Below are positions 53,986 through 64,000 of a stretch of 64,000 nucleotides of DNA, one piece after another (positions within the stretch are counted from its first letter, which is position 1; every line of letters begins with the position of its first letter). The position numbers and the translations under genes are program-made. The notes under the pieces were generated by a model. That model worked only from the letters and a program-made list of their open reading frames with translations, was not told the DNA's origin and ran no database searches. The DNA comes from Eledone cirrhosa (lineage: Eukaryota), in NCBI GenBank assembly GCA_964016885.1, contig OZ024742.1, positions 297,910,001 through 297,974,000 of the forward strand. The letters are read 5' to 3'.

Positions 53986-54401
53986 ACCTTACCCAGTTGC
54001 ACCTCTCAAAGGCGATGATGACACACGACTGTGACCTCTGGCATCACGCAGTAATACAGAGTACCTAACCCCCCATGGGTACAAGCTGAAGCATATAGAC
54101 AATATGCTCCCACACCCTCCCACTGCAAAGTGGTCGTGGAGGTGCCACGGCAAAAAAGCACCCAGCCCACACTGTAAAGTGGATGTGTAGGCGCCACGGA
54201 AAAAAGCACCCAGCACTCACTGTAAATGAAGTTGGTGTTAGGAAGGGCATCCAGCTGTAGAAACCAAGCCAAAATCAGTTCCTGTATGAGCAAGGCATGG
54301 TCAGCCGACCAGACACTGCCCACAACAGGACAACCCGTCTAACCCATGCTAGCATGGAAGAACGGACGTAAAACGGTGATGATGATGATGATGATGATGA
54401 T
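53986..54401 (+). mobile_element. 5'-truncated RTE 3' end
   Basis: Reverse complement of 46360-46765, with a (GAT)n tail. Confidence 0.85.
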
Positions 54402-55324
54402 GTACACTACATGATGTATTATCTTTACCTTTCCATAAACTATATGTATTTAAAACTGATTATTAACTCTTGTCTCTCAGAAATGTACTGAGTCTTAAAG
54501 CCAGCCTGGGCAGACTGCTGACTCCTGAGGGCCAGAGGTGTGTTTTCACTACTCAGTTAAGGTGCATTCTATATTTGTTCAATCTTTGTGCAGTGTATTT
54601 GACGTCCATGCATAACAGTTGTTCAGCTCTTCTTTTTTTGTACCTAGCCTAGTGACCCTCTAGGCAATGCTTATATGATCAGTGCAGCTATGGGTTTTCT
54701 TGCTGGCTTTACATGGGCTTGGTAAAGCCAGAGTACCTTTGTTATATGTCTACTCATCCAGAGCTGAGACTAAAATATAACAATATACATTAAAGAATTG
54801 ATGTATATTTATGGCTGAATGGTTACGAAGATTGCTTTTCAATCATGAGATCACAGGTTCAATCCAAATTGAAGGCATCTTGCACAAGTGTCTTTACCAC
54901 AGCTACAAGTCAACCTAAACTTTGTGAGTGAAATTGGATGCACAGAAATTGTGTGGAGGCCTGTTGGATGGATTATACCTGTATGTCAAATGTTCAGCCT
55001 TGTCACATTGTGTCTTGCTGATTCTGCCAGAGAATTATGTTAAGGGTACATGTGTCAGTGAAATACTTAACCATTTACACCATGGTGATTTAGACGCTCA
55101 TCATTGAAGCTAGTGAAAGATCCATCACAATTAATAAGTATGTTAGCATATTTGTAATAAAAGAAGCTGCCAATGGTTTTCAAATATTTTTGAAAATAAT
55201 CAAGAATTTCGAAAGATTATTATTATAACTAACATTCCCAATATTACACTAGTGTTTGGATCATAACAAATGTTCTTAGATAAGATTATGATGGAAAGGT
55301 TTTAGATAAATATATACACTTTAA

Positions 55325-55577
55325 CCATTTCATTAACTTATTTATAATGAAAAACTGTGCGAATAATTTTTCGATCATTTTGAAAATTCTCAAGAGTTTG
55401 CAAAAATTTAATAAAATAAACAAATACCTCATTATTAATTTGGTTTTGGAAGATATCAAATGTTTTTATATACAATTATTACAATTACAATAAGAGATTT
55501 TAGATAAATATAAACACTTTAAAATAAACAACCCAATATGATAGGGTGGGCTGTTTCAGCTGTTTGTGCCAAAGGGG
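55325..55577. mobile_element. piggyBac-like MITE, preceded by a partial tandem copy at about 55185-55320
   Basis: TTAA-CCATTTC at the left end and AAAGGGG-TTAA at the right. Internal motifs are shared with 52845-53317. Confidence 0.45.
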
Positions 55578-55807
55578 TTAAATTATATAAAACAATGTAT
55601 GGCATGGTCCCATAACTCCCAATGGAGTCATAGAGGTACCAATGTGGCATAAAGTGGGTTTTTTATTTGGTGTGTGTGTACGGGGGGCGGGGGTGCATTT
55701 TAAGCCAGGCAGAGCCCATCCCTCTCCAGGTTTGAACACAGCAGGTTTCTTCCAGAGAAGGATAGAAAGTGAATGAGAGCAAATGAGAAAGAGATATAGA
55801 GGAAGAA

Positions 55808-55962
55808 TCAACCCAGCACTGAACCAATACTTTTTTATCGACTACAAAATGATGAAAGGCAAAGTTGACTTCGGCGAGATTTGAACTCTGAGAGAAGTGA
55901 GCTAAAATGAATACTGCAAAGCATTCTATCTGACATTCCAACAACTCTGCAAATTCACCACC
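55808..55962 (-). mobile_element. SINE family 2, older copy
   Basis: GATGAAAGGCAAAGTTGACTTCGGCGAGATTTGAACTC. Confidence 0.7.
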
Positions 55963-56217
55963 TATTAAAAAATGTATTATGTCAAAGAGTAGCCATTGTG
56001 TCCAAAAATGTATGATCAGAGAAGTGGTGTGGTGGTGGTAGTAAAAAGGTCAGTAAAAAAGTTTATAATATGAAATAATTAATATAGTCTGAAGAAGTTG
56101 ATTGGCTTATGGGAAGAAATTAGTTGAAATAACCTGAGAGAAATTCAATACAAAGGGTGGGAAATTGTTAGAGAGAAAGAGAAAATGTTTTAGGTGGTTT
56201 TGTAGGAAAAGAGTTTA

Positions 56218-56420
56218 CCCTTTAGCATTTACATTACTCTATATATACTATTGTATTTTCATGTTAAAGGCTTTACCTCACAATTATCTCACATAATATC
56301 AAATCTATGAGATTTTGAGAACAATACCTTAACATCAGTTTGAGCAGCTGGTTACAGCTGGTTTGAACAGAAAAAGTGAGAGAATTCTGGCTGGATATGG
56401 CCAGTTTAAATGTTAAAGGG
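56218..56420. mobile_element. piggyBac-like MITE
   Basis: TIRs CCCTTTAGCATTTA and TAAATGTTAAAGGG, flanked by TTTA and TTAA. Confidence 0.65.
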
Positions 56421-56789
56421 TTAAACAACATTCTCTATGTCATAACCATATAGCTGCCATAGTTGCTATGGTTTTACTATCCAATATGGAGCAAAGTGGA
56501 CATAATTTTTGTACAGTTTTCCTCCAAGAGAGTTGCGTGGGATCTCAACAGTAGACCATTGAAAAGCAGTTCTGGAAAAGAATAGCTGAAGTGAGTGGAT
56601 GTTGTGAATGAGGCCTTCTTAAATCATGTTAATGATGCTTCTCAGTAAGAAACATTGGCAAGTAGACCTTTCTACATCTAGACATTTTATTATAATACCA
56701 CTATTGTTAACATGTTAACACTTAAGAACATCATATAGATTAAAGTTAAGTAGGTGTGATGGTGGAGGTGTCTGAGCTCATGTTTTTAT

Positions 56790-57287
56790 CTGTATGATGT
56801 GTGTGTGTATGTGTGATGTGTGTGCATATTTGTAATGTGTTTGTGCGTGTGTTATGTGTGTGTGTGATATGTGTATATGTGATCGTTGTGTGTGATATGT
56901 ATGCATGATGTATCTGTTTGCAATGAGCATGTGTGGTGTGTACGGCATTGTGTGTGTGTGTCTGAGAGTATAATGTGTGTGTGTGATATGCATATGCGAT
57001 GTATCTGTGTGTGATATGTATGCATAATATATCTGTGTTTTGTGTGCTGTGCATGGCACTGTGTGTGTGTCTGAGTGTAATGTGTGATGTATTTGTGTGA
57101 TATGTATGCATATTGTATTTGTGTGTTATGTATATGTATGCTGTGTATGGCATTGTGTGTGTCTGAGTGTAATGTGTGCGTGTGTGTGTGAGTGTGATAT
57201 GTGTATGTAAAGTATCTGTGTGTGATGTACATGTGTGCTGTGTATGTCATTGTGTGTGTGTGTGTGCATGTGTTTGTTTTTGTGTCT
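56790..57287. repeat. GT-rich degenerate minisatellite
   Basis: Recurring GTGTGATATGTATG and GGCATTGTGTGTGTCTGAG units. Confidence 0.85.
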
Positions 57288-57508
57288 GCAAGAAAATTTC
57301 TATGAAAATACATGGCAGTAACTATGATGTTTATAGGTGTGAGTGCCAGGGAGTAGTTAGCTAATGCAGAGGGGTATAAGAAACAGCTAGCATTAGATGA
57401 AGAATAGTTGGAGCTAATGAGAGGAAATTAGAACAGCAGCTGCCATCTAGAGGCAGCTAGCAAGAGGAGAGGCAGAGCAATATCTACTATTATTACTAGA
57501 AGGGAGAG

Positions 57509-57703
57509 GGCGGTAGATTGGCAGTATCGAAACGGCAGCGGACAACATGCTTTGCAGCATAGAGTTATGGTTCTTTGCATTCTGCTTTCAAATCCCACCA
57601 AGGTGAGCTTTGCCTTTCATCCTACAGTGATTTGATTAAATCAAACCCAGTGCATTACTGGTACTTTATTTTATCGACACCGTTGTGCCTAAATCAGAAA
57701 CCA
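57509..57703 (+). mobile_element. SINE family 2 with an internally inverted segment
   Basis: The head is forward. CCCAGTGCATTACTGGTACTTTATTTTATCGAC then appears in reverse orientation before TTGTGCCTAAATCAGAAACC. Confidence 0.7.
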
Positions 57704-59027
57704 TTTATAACTAGGCAGGAGGCTCTAGGTGTTCTCTGGACAAACTATTAGAAATAGCAACCTCTACCATCTTAAGGAAAGGACTCATCAGATAATATAG
57801 TCTTATTTACCCCTATGGGTTTCTCAATCATGCCTGTGTTAGGACCTAACAACAACTATAACCAACAGACAGATAGGGTATATAGGTTTGCTGTGAAATG
57901 TTTCATATGTGTGTGTGTGTGTGTGCATGCATACATGTGTGTGTGTGTTTTGAGTATAACAGCCATAAAAACAGTGAAATATTAACTGAGTATGAACTCA
58001 ATGCATATAAATATAGTATTGAATTTATTTCACATGCAAAAAGTTGACAGTATTTTGAATGTTTAACCTATAATCAGCTTTGTGAGGTTATGGCTATACA
58101 TACATATACATAATGTATATGCACAGAAAAAGAAGGCCCAGAAAAACATGGGATATTCCATAATACAGAGAACTCCTATGCAAGAGGAAAGAAGCAGCAC
58201 AAAAGGATGGCAAACCTCATATGTCCCTCCACCCTAAATCTGAAGAAGCAGAGAAGTGATACCCCCCCCCCCCCCCCCACACACACACACCTGTCATTAT
58301 ACTCCAGAATTCCCTGCGAACATATCACTGATCCCCTTTCTCCACCCTAAACCCGAAAAAGCAGAGACGAAACAACTATCAAAAATAATATGTGTTGTGT
58401 ATGTTAATCATACAAATAAAGACTAAACTAAATCTCACTTAATTTAAAGTGAAGGCTATCTTGTGTATTGTCAGTAAAATCTGTACCTATGGTACAATAT
58501 AGAGAAATACATATAACAATTTACAATGATTCAAAATTACAATATATGAATATTTTATTTGAAGCATTGTGAAATATGTGTTTAACAACGCCAGTACAAT
58601 GCAAGCTAGAAATTAAGGAGTGAAAAAGAGAATAAAGCAAGATGAAACAAAACACTTTATGAACACGAGATTTGAAATGATGAGCAGAATTTGAAAGTTT
58701 TATGAGAACGTTTGGAGCTTCATCGAATTTTTTTTTACTATAGCAAAAAACAATTGATAAAGCTTTAACTTTCTCATAAAAATGTTAAAACACTGTTGAC
58801 CTTATATTTTATGGCATTTTATGGTTAGGTTCTCTTTTTCAAAAGAAAAGAAATAATGGAACATGATGGTACTGGTAAACTGAGTTCACATTGATATGTC
58901 TAGTTATGGTAAAGGATGAACATTTACAGGAGTTTTGAACTAATGTTTGAGAAGGTATGAACTTCTAGCAAATTATATTTGTATCTACATCAATACTCTG
59001 TAGTCAGCATTCATTAATATATATATA

Positions 59028-59142
59028 TCTGAGTTCAAATCCCGCCAAGGTCAACTTTGCCTTTCATCCTTACAGAGTCGGTAAAATAAAGTACCAGTAA
59101 TGCACTGGGTAATTGCTGGCCTTGTGCCTAAAGTAGAAACAA
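59028..59142 (+). mobile_element. SINE family 2, truncated
   Basis: TCTGAGTTCAAATCCCGCC..GTAGAAACAATT. Confidence 0.85.
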
Positions 59143-60505
59143 TTAATATATATATTTATCAAAGCCAAACAATGCAGTTATATCTGAGATAGGGAGAAAA
59201 GTATCTTACTTTGATTGTATTTCTAAATTTAAATGCAATGCACACACTGTAAATCACATTATCGTGCACTACTAGCTTTATAACATTTATGGATTGAGTC
59301 AATAGAAAAAAAATTTGAAAATTCTGTTTTGTCACTTGAAGATACCTTCTCAATGGTGACATTCTAATGTAGACAATATCACACACATTCACACACATAC
59401 TCTCTCTCTCCCTCACAGACACACATGCTATTCTCTTTCTCTCTCTATCCCACACATAATATACACTTTCTGTCTCTCTCTCACACACACACACAAGCTG
59501 TTCTCTTTCTCTCTCTTTCACACAGACACACACAGATATACACATGCTATAAATCAGTTTATATCTGAAATAGTAAAAATCCAAATATGAAAATGACAAA
59601 ATAAATATGTGAAAATTAATATTGAAGAATGTTAAGTTCAGTCACCCTACACCAGTAAATCACTTCTTCATGCAGATAAAAATCAATTTTGTAAATATTT
59701 TCTTCTCCTAATCAATATTTCAGTGTCTCTCTTTTATTATTATTGCTGTTGTTGTTGTCATTATTGTTATAATTAGTTTTTTCCTCTGTAATCCAGAAGA
59801 AGTAGAAATAGTAATAGTAAAAAGCTTAGAGGTTGGTTTCTCAAGTTAATAAAGACATAGCCTCCCTGCTACTCAAATATTTATGAAGTTGCTTGAAACC
59901 TAAAGCTATTTCAGTCAGACAGCTGGATTTGAAACGTACTAAGTTGCCAAAATAGCAAGAGAAATAAATTTAGCTTGATATTAACATTTTCCTTTTTATT
60001 TGCTGAGAAAATTCTAGGAGCTAATTCAGATCCAATACAACACAATGTATTCATTAATATAATGTCCTGTACCACATTAAATAGCATTAGCGAGATATTC
60101 TTAAGAAGTACAAAACATGATTGCATCACATTAACAATTAAAACCTTTCCCGAAATACTGCAAATTTTCACAATCCTCTATCCACTAGTAAAGATACTAT
60201 ACACATTAAAATTAACAAACTCGTTTTTAGACATAATTATTGAAAAAAAAAAATGAATTTTCATACTGGTAGGTACATATGTGGCTGTTTGATAATGGAG
60301 TTTATTTTGCAAGCATCTGGTTTCGGGGGTTAGTCCCACTCTGCAGCACCTTGGGCAAGTGTCTTCACCAGCTTCAGGTTGACTTATACCTTGTCATTGA
60401 ATTTTGGTAGAGAGAAACTGTAAAGAAGTCTGTTGTATATATTATCATCTGCAAGCAGGGAAAGGTGGACGTAAAGTGATGATGATGATGATGGTGATAT
60501 ATATA

Positions 60506-60564
<59 letters not shown>

Positions 60565-61498
60565 TTTATGCCTGTGTTTCCTGTGACTTATGTCCTAGAA
60601 CTTAGCAGGTCAACAAAAAGAGATTGATAAAATTAGTACCAGACTTGAAAAACGTAAATGCTGAACTCAATATTACTGACTAAGTTCCTTTAAACTGGTG
60701 TACTAGCATGGCTGCAGTCTATTGACTGATGCCAATAAAAGAAACAATAATGAATTGATGTTTTCTTTTTATTTGCTAAAAACTAATTCTGATCCTATAT
60801 CACTACTCACACAATGTATTCATTCAACATTTTAATAAAGATAAAAATACTACGTAGTTTATGTGAAATAATTAACTTCAGTATTTGATTTTGTAAACCA
60901 GAAGACATGAAAAACAAATAATTTAGCTGGGAAACATTAATAATTAGGCATGTTATAATAGATATTTTATTGTTCAATGATTTAAATTTTTACTGAAAAG
61001 AATGGAAAAAAGATTTAAGACGTTTAGATAAAAAAAAAATAAACATTAAATGTAACCTATAGAAATATTCTCTATTTACAAAAAATGTCCCTTATCTATT
61101 TTTATAATTTTTTTATAATATAATAGCAATTTATAATAGCAATTTATAATTTGAAAATTTGTTACTCATGACTAAATTTCATAAAAATACCTAAAGATAA
61201 AAATCTTTATTCTACAGCAGATACAATTACAAGAAACTTGTACACATAAAAAACATTGGTATAACCACAAAACAAAACCAGTTTTTATCTTATTAAAACA
61301 GAAAAAATTAAGAAATTTACTTTCCGAAACACCTTCCTTTTTTCAAACTTTAAAAAGAAAAAAAGAAAAGAAAAAAGACTGCTTCTATAGAATTTACTGA
61401 CAATAATATTCAAGTAACTTTTATATAATAAGTTATATCCAAGTTTATATAATATACTTAAGTCATTATTCTACATAATATTATTAACTATCATTCAG

Positions 61499-61662
61499 GG
61501 GCAGTGCATTGTCAGTATTGCAGCACAGAGTTACGGCCCTTTACGGTCTGAGTTCAAATCCTGCCGAGGTTAACTGTGCCTTTTATCCTTATGGTGGTCG
61601 ATAAACTAAAGCATGTGTAATGCACTGGGATAATTACTGGCCTTGTGCCAAAAGTAGAAACA
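61499..61662 (+). mobile_element. SINE family 2
   Basis: Homologous to the 62062 copy, with a 19-bp TSD ATTATTAACTA(T/C)CATTCAG. Confidence 0.85.
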
Positions 61663-62061
61663 ATTATTAACTACCATTCAGCTAGGTCTTCTAAAAAACC
61701 AAAAAACATTATTTTGTTCAGGAGGCAATGAATTTATTCTTTTACTTTTTTATTTTTACAATGAATTGGACTGCTACCATGTTGGGGTATTGTCTTCCAT
61801 TAGTCAACCATATAAACACCAGTAATATTTATTTCTCTTAAGTCTGACAATTATTTTATCAATCCCTATTAGCTAAACTGCTAAATTAAGAGACATTAAC
61901 AAACACATTAGTTGTTAAATGGTGTAGACTTAAACACAGACATTGACACACTCATGAACACGCACATACGGACATAAATAGGATAGGCTGCTTTAACAGG
62001 AGAAACAAAACACAAGACATGAGCAGAGTGATGTATAATTCATTTTATTATAACTGCAAAG

Positions 62062-62245
62062 GGCGGTGGATTGGCAGTATCGGTAGAGAGTCGGACGCCA
62101 TGCTTTCCAGCATAGTTACGTCCCTTTACGGTCTGAGTTCAAATCCCGTCGAGGTTAACTTTGCCTTTCATCCTTACGGGGTCGATAAAATAAAGTACCA
62201 GTAATGTACTGGGTAATTGCTGGCCTTGTGCCTAAAGTAGAAACA
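62062..62245 (+). mobile_element. tRNA-derived SINE family 2 (Meta-domain-like), full length with perfect TSD
   Basis: GGCGGTGGATTGGCAG..GAGTTCAAATCCC..GAGGTTAACTTTGCCTTTCATCCTTACGGGGTCGATAAAATAAAGTACC. The 15-bp TSD ATTATAACTGCAAAG lies at 62047-62061 and 62246-62260. Confidence 0.9.
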
Positions 62246-62335
62246 ATTATAACTGCAAAGTTACACCAGTGACCTGAGGTCCATTAAGCATGAAACTTTG
62301 ACCCTCAAGTCAATAGTGTAGTTTATCAGCTATTA

Positions 62336-62633
62336 TTATCATCATCATCAGCATCACCGTTTTACGTCCGTTCTTCCACGCTAGCATGGGTTAGACGGGT
62401 TGTCCTGTTGTGGGCAGTGTCTGGTCGGCTGACCATGCCTTGCTCATACAGGAACTGATTTGGCTTGATTTCTACAGCTGGATGCCCTTCCTAACACAAA
62501 CCTCATTTACAGTGAGTGCTGGGTGCTTTTTCGTGGTGCCTATACGTCCACTTTACAGTGTGGGCTGGGTGCTTTTTTACCGTGGCACCTCCACGACCAC
62601 CTTGCGGTGGGGGGTGTGGGGGCATATTGTCTA
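62336..62633 (-). mobile_element. RTE 3' UTR copy
   Basis: Closely similar to 46360-46648. Confidence 0.85.
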
Positions 62634-62962
62634 TTATATATATATATATATATATATACATATGTATATATATATATATATGTATGTTGGGCCTTTTAAT
62701 ATTATTATTATTATCATTATCAATTATATTATATTATATTATATTATATTATATATAGTACTGTAATTCTCGCTTTATATCACCACTTGTGTTTAGTTTT
62801 AGTTTTTGCATTGTACTATATTTGTAATATGGGTTCAAAATGTTATTCACTTCCGTAGCAATTTTTACTTGATAATTTTCCTATGCTTTAATGTATGTAT
62901 ACTCCATATTCTTCTGAGTTTTTGGCTTGTATTGGCCGATAGTGCTTCTTATAGCTTTACTT

Positions 62963-63007
62963 GCCCTGATGAGTCTTTAATAGGACGAAACATTGTTGGC
63001 TAATAAA
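62963..63007 (+). ncRNA. Type I minimal hammerhead ribozyme
   Basis: GCC-CTGATGA-GTCTT-taat-AGGAC-GAAA-CATTG-TT-GGC-T-AATAAA, inside a (TA)-flanked ~390-bp segment (about 62760-63150). Confidence 0.75.
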
Positions 63008-63190
63008 GACTTTTGATGTATTGAAGGCTTCTTTGGTTTATTTTCATAATTCTTCGGCTCTGTTTAATTACATTGAGCTATATCTTTACTGTCATTTCTA
63101 TAATATGAAGAGGGTGTTTAACTCCAACACACTCTAGTATTTTAATTCTTATATTTATACATATATATATATATATATATATACATATAT

Positions 63191-63373
63191 AGTGTTTGGA
63201 AATGTAAGGAAAACACAAACAAAAGACAATTCCCCTCTTCAGTTGTCTGCTGTGGGTCTCGGATGTTTCAACACATCAAAGGCAATGATGCATCAAAATA
63301 TCTGAGACCCACAGCAGAGAACTGAAGAAGGGAATTGTCTTTTGTTTGTGTTTTCCTTACATTTCCAGACACT
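63191..63373. repeat. Foldback with 78-bp arms between (TA)n tracts
   Basis: 63191-63268 pairs with 63296-63373 with 5 differences (3 are G:T) and no indels. Confidence 0.95.
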
Positions 63374-63412
63374 CTTAATTAGTAACAATATAGCACCTTG
63401 TCCCTTTTAATT

Positions 63413-63464
<52 letters not shown>

Positions 63465-63535
63465 CGGAAAAAATGAAACGAAATTTCATTTCTCACTCTT
63501 AGTACGGCTGTTACTTAAATATAAGTATGTATACG

Positions 63536-63871
63536 TACATACATATATGTATACAGACATACAGTAGTATGTATATATATACATACATGCACATATATAT
63601 ATATGTACATATGGATTTACCGAACATTTATTATAATGCTCGGTGTGTTTGTAAACAAACATCCCGAATTAAACCGTACAGTGTTTAGCAACCATCGTTG
63701 CCCTTTTGTTCAACACTGACAAAGGAACGATGTACTAGTTTCAAGGATGTTTGTTTACAAACACACCGAGCATTATAATAAATGCTCGGTAAATCCATAC
63801 GTACATATATATATGTGTGCATGTATGTATACATATACATACTACTGTACGTCTGTATACATATGTATGTA
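63536..63871. repeat. Foldback with ~125-bp arms
   Basis: 63536-63664 pairs with 63745-63871 (ATGGATTTACCGA.CATTTATTATAATGCTCGGTGTGTTTGTAAACAAACATCC and its reverse complement), enclosing an ~80-nt loop with its own hairpin. Confidence 0.9.
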
Positions 63872-64000
63872 TATATCATCACCGTTTAATGTCCCTATAT
63901 ATATATATGATGGATTTCTTTAAGATTTCCATCTATACAATTTTACTCACAAAGCATTGGTAAACTCGAGGTTATAATAGAAAATATTTTCCCAAGGTGC

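Overview
This is AT-rich, repeat-dense animal genomic DNA. The SINE, RTE and microsatellite repertoire points to a coleoid cephalopod, probably Octopus (an inference). I found no recognisable host protein gene, so the window is most likely intronic or intergenic, with only a few weak candidate exons. It contains two near-full-length decayed RTE LINEs (5.9-9.3 kb +, 30.5-33.9 kb -) and a decayed Penelope-like element (PLE; RT plus C-terminal GIY-YIG, Hydra-clade-like) at 39.0-43.8 kb, with an older relic at about 49 kb. It also holds L1/Tx1, CR1, CRE-like and RTE fragments, a non-autonomous Helitron, TTAA-type MITEs and two tRNA-SINE families. The most interesting signal is a set of short elements inserted in (TA)n tracts. 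Several carry type I minimal hammerhead ribozymes from unrelated sequence families, some with long stem II extensions. Others form long foldbacks with the layout (TA)n-inverted arm-forward arm-unique tail-(TA)n. One hammerhead family is linked by sequence to the PLE leader, and the PLE copy looks circularly permuted relative to a solo pLTR-like copy at 19.2-19.7 kb.
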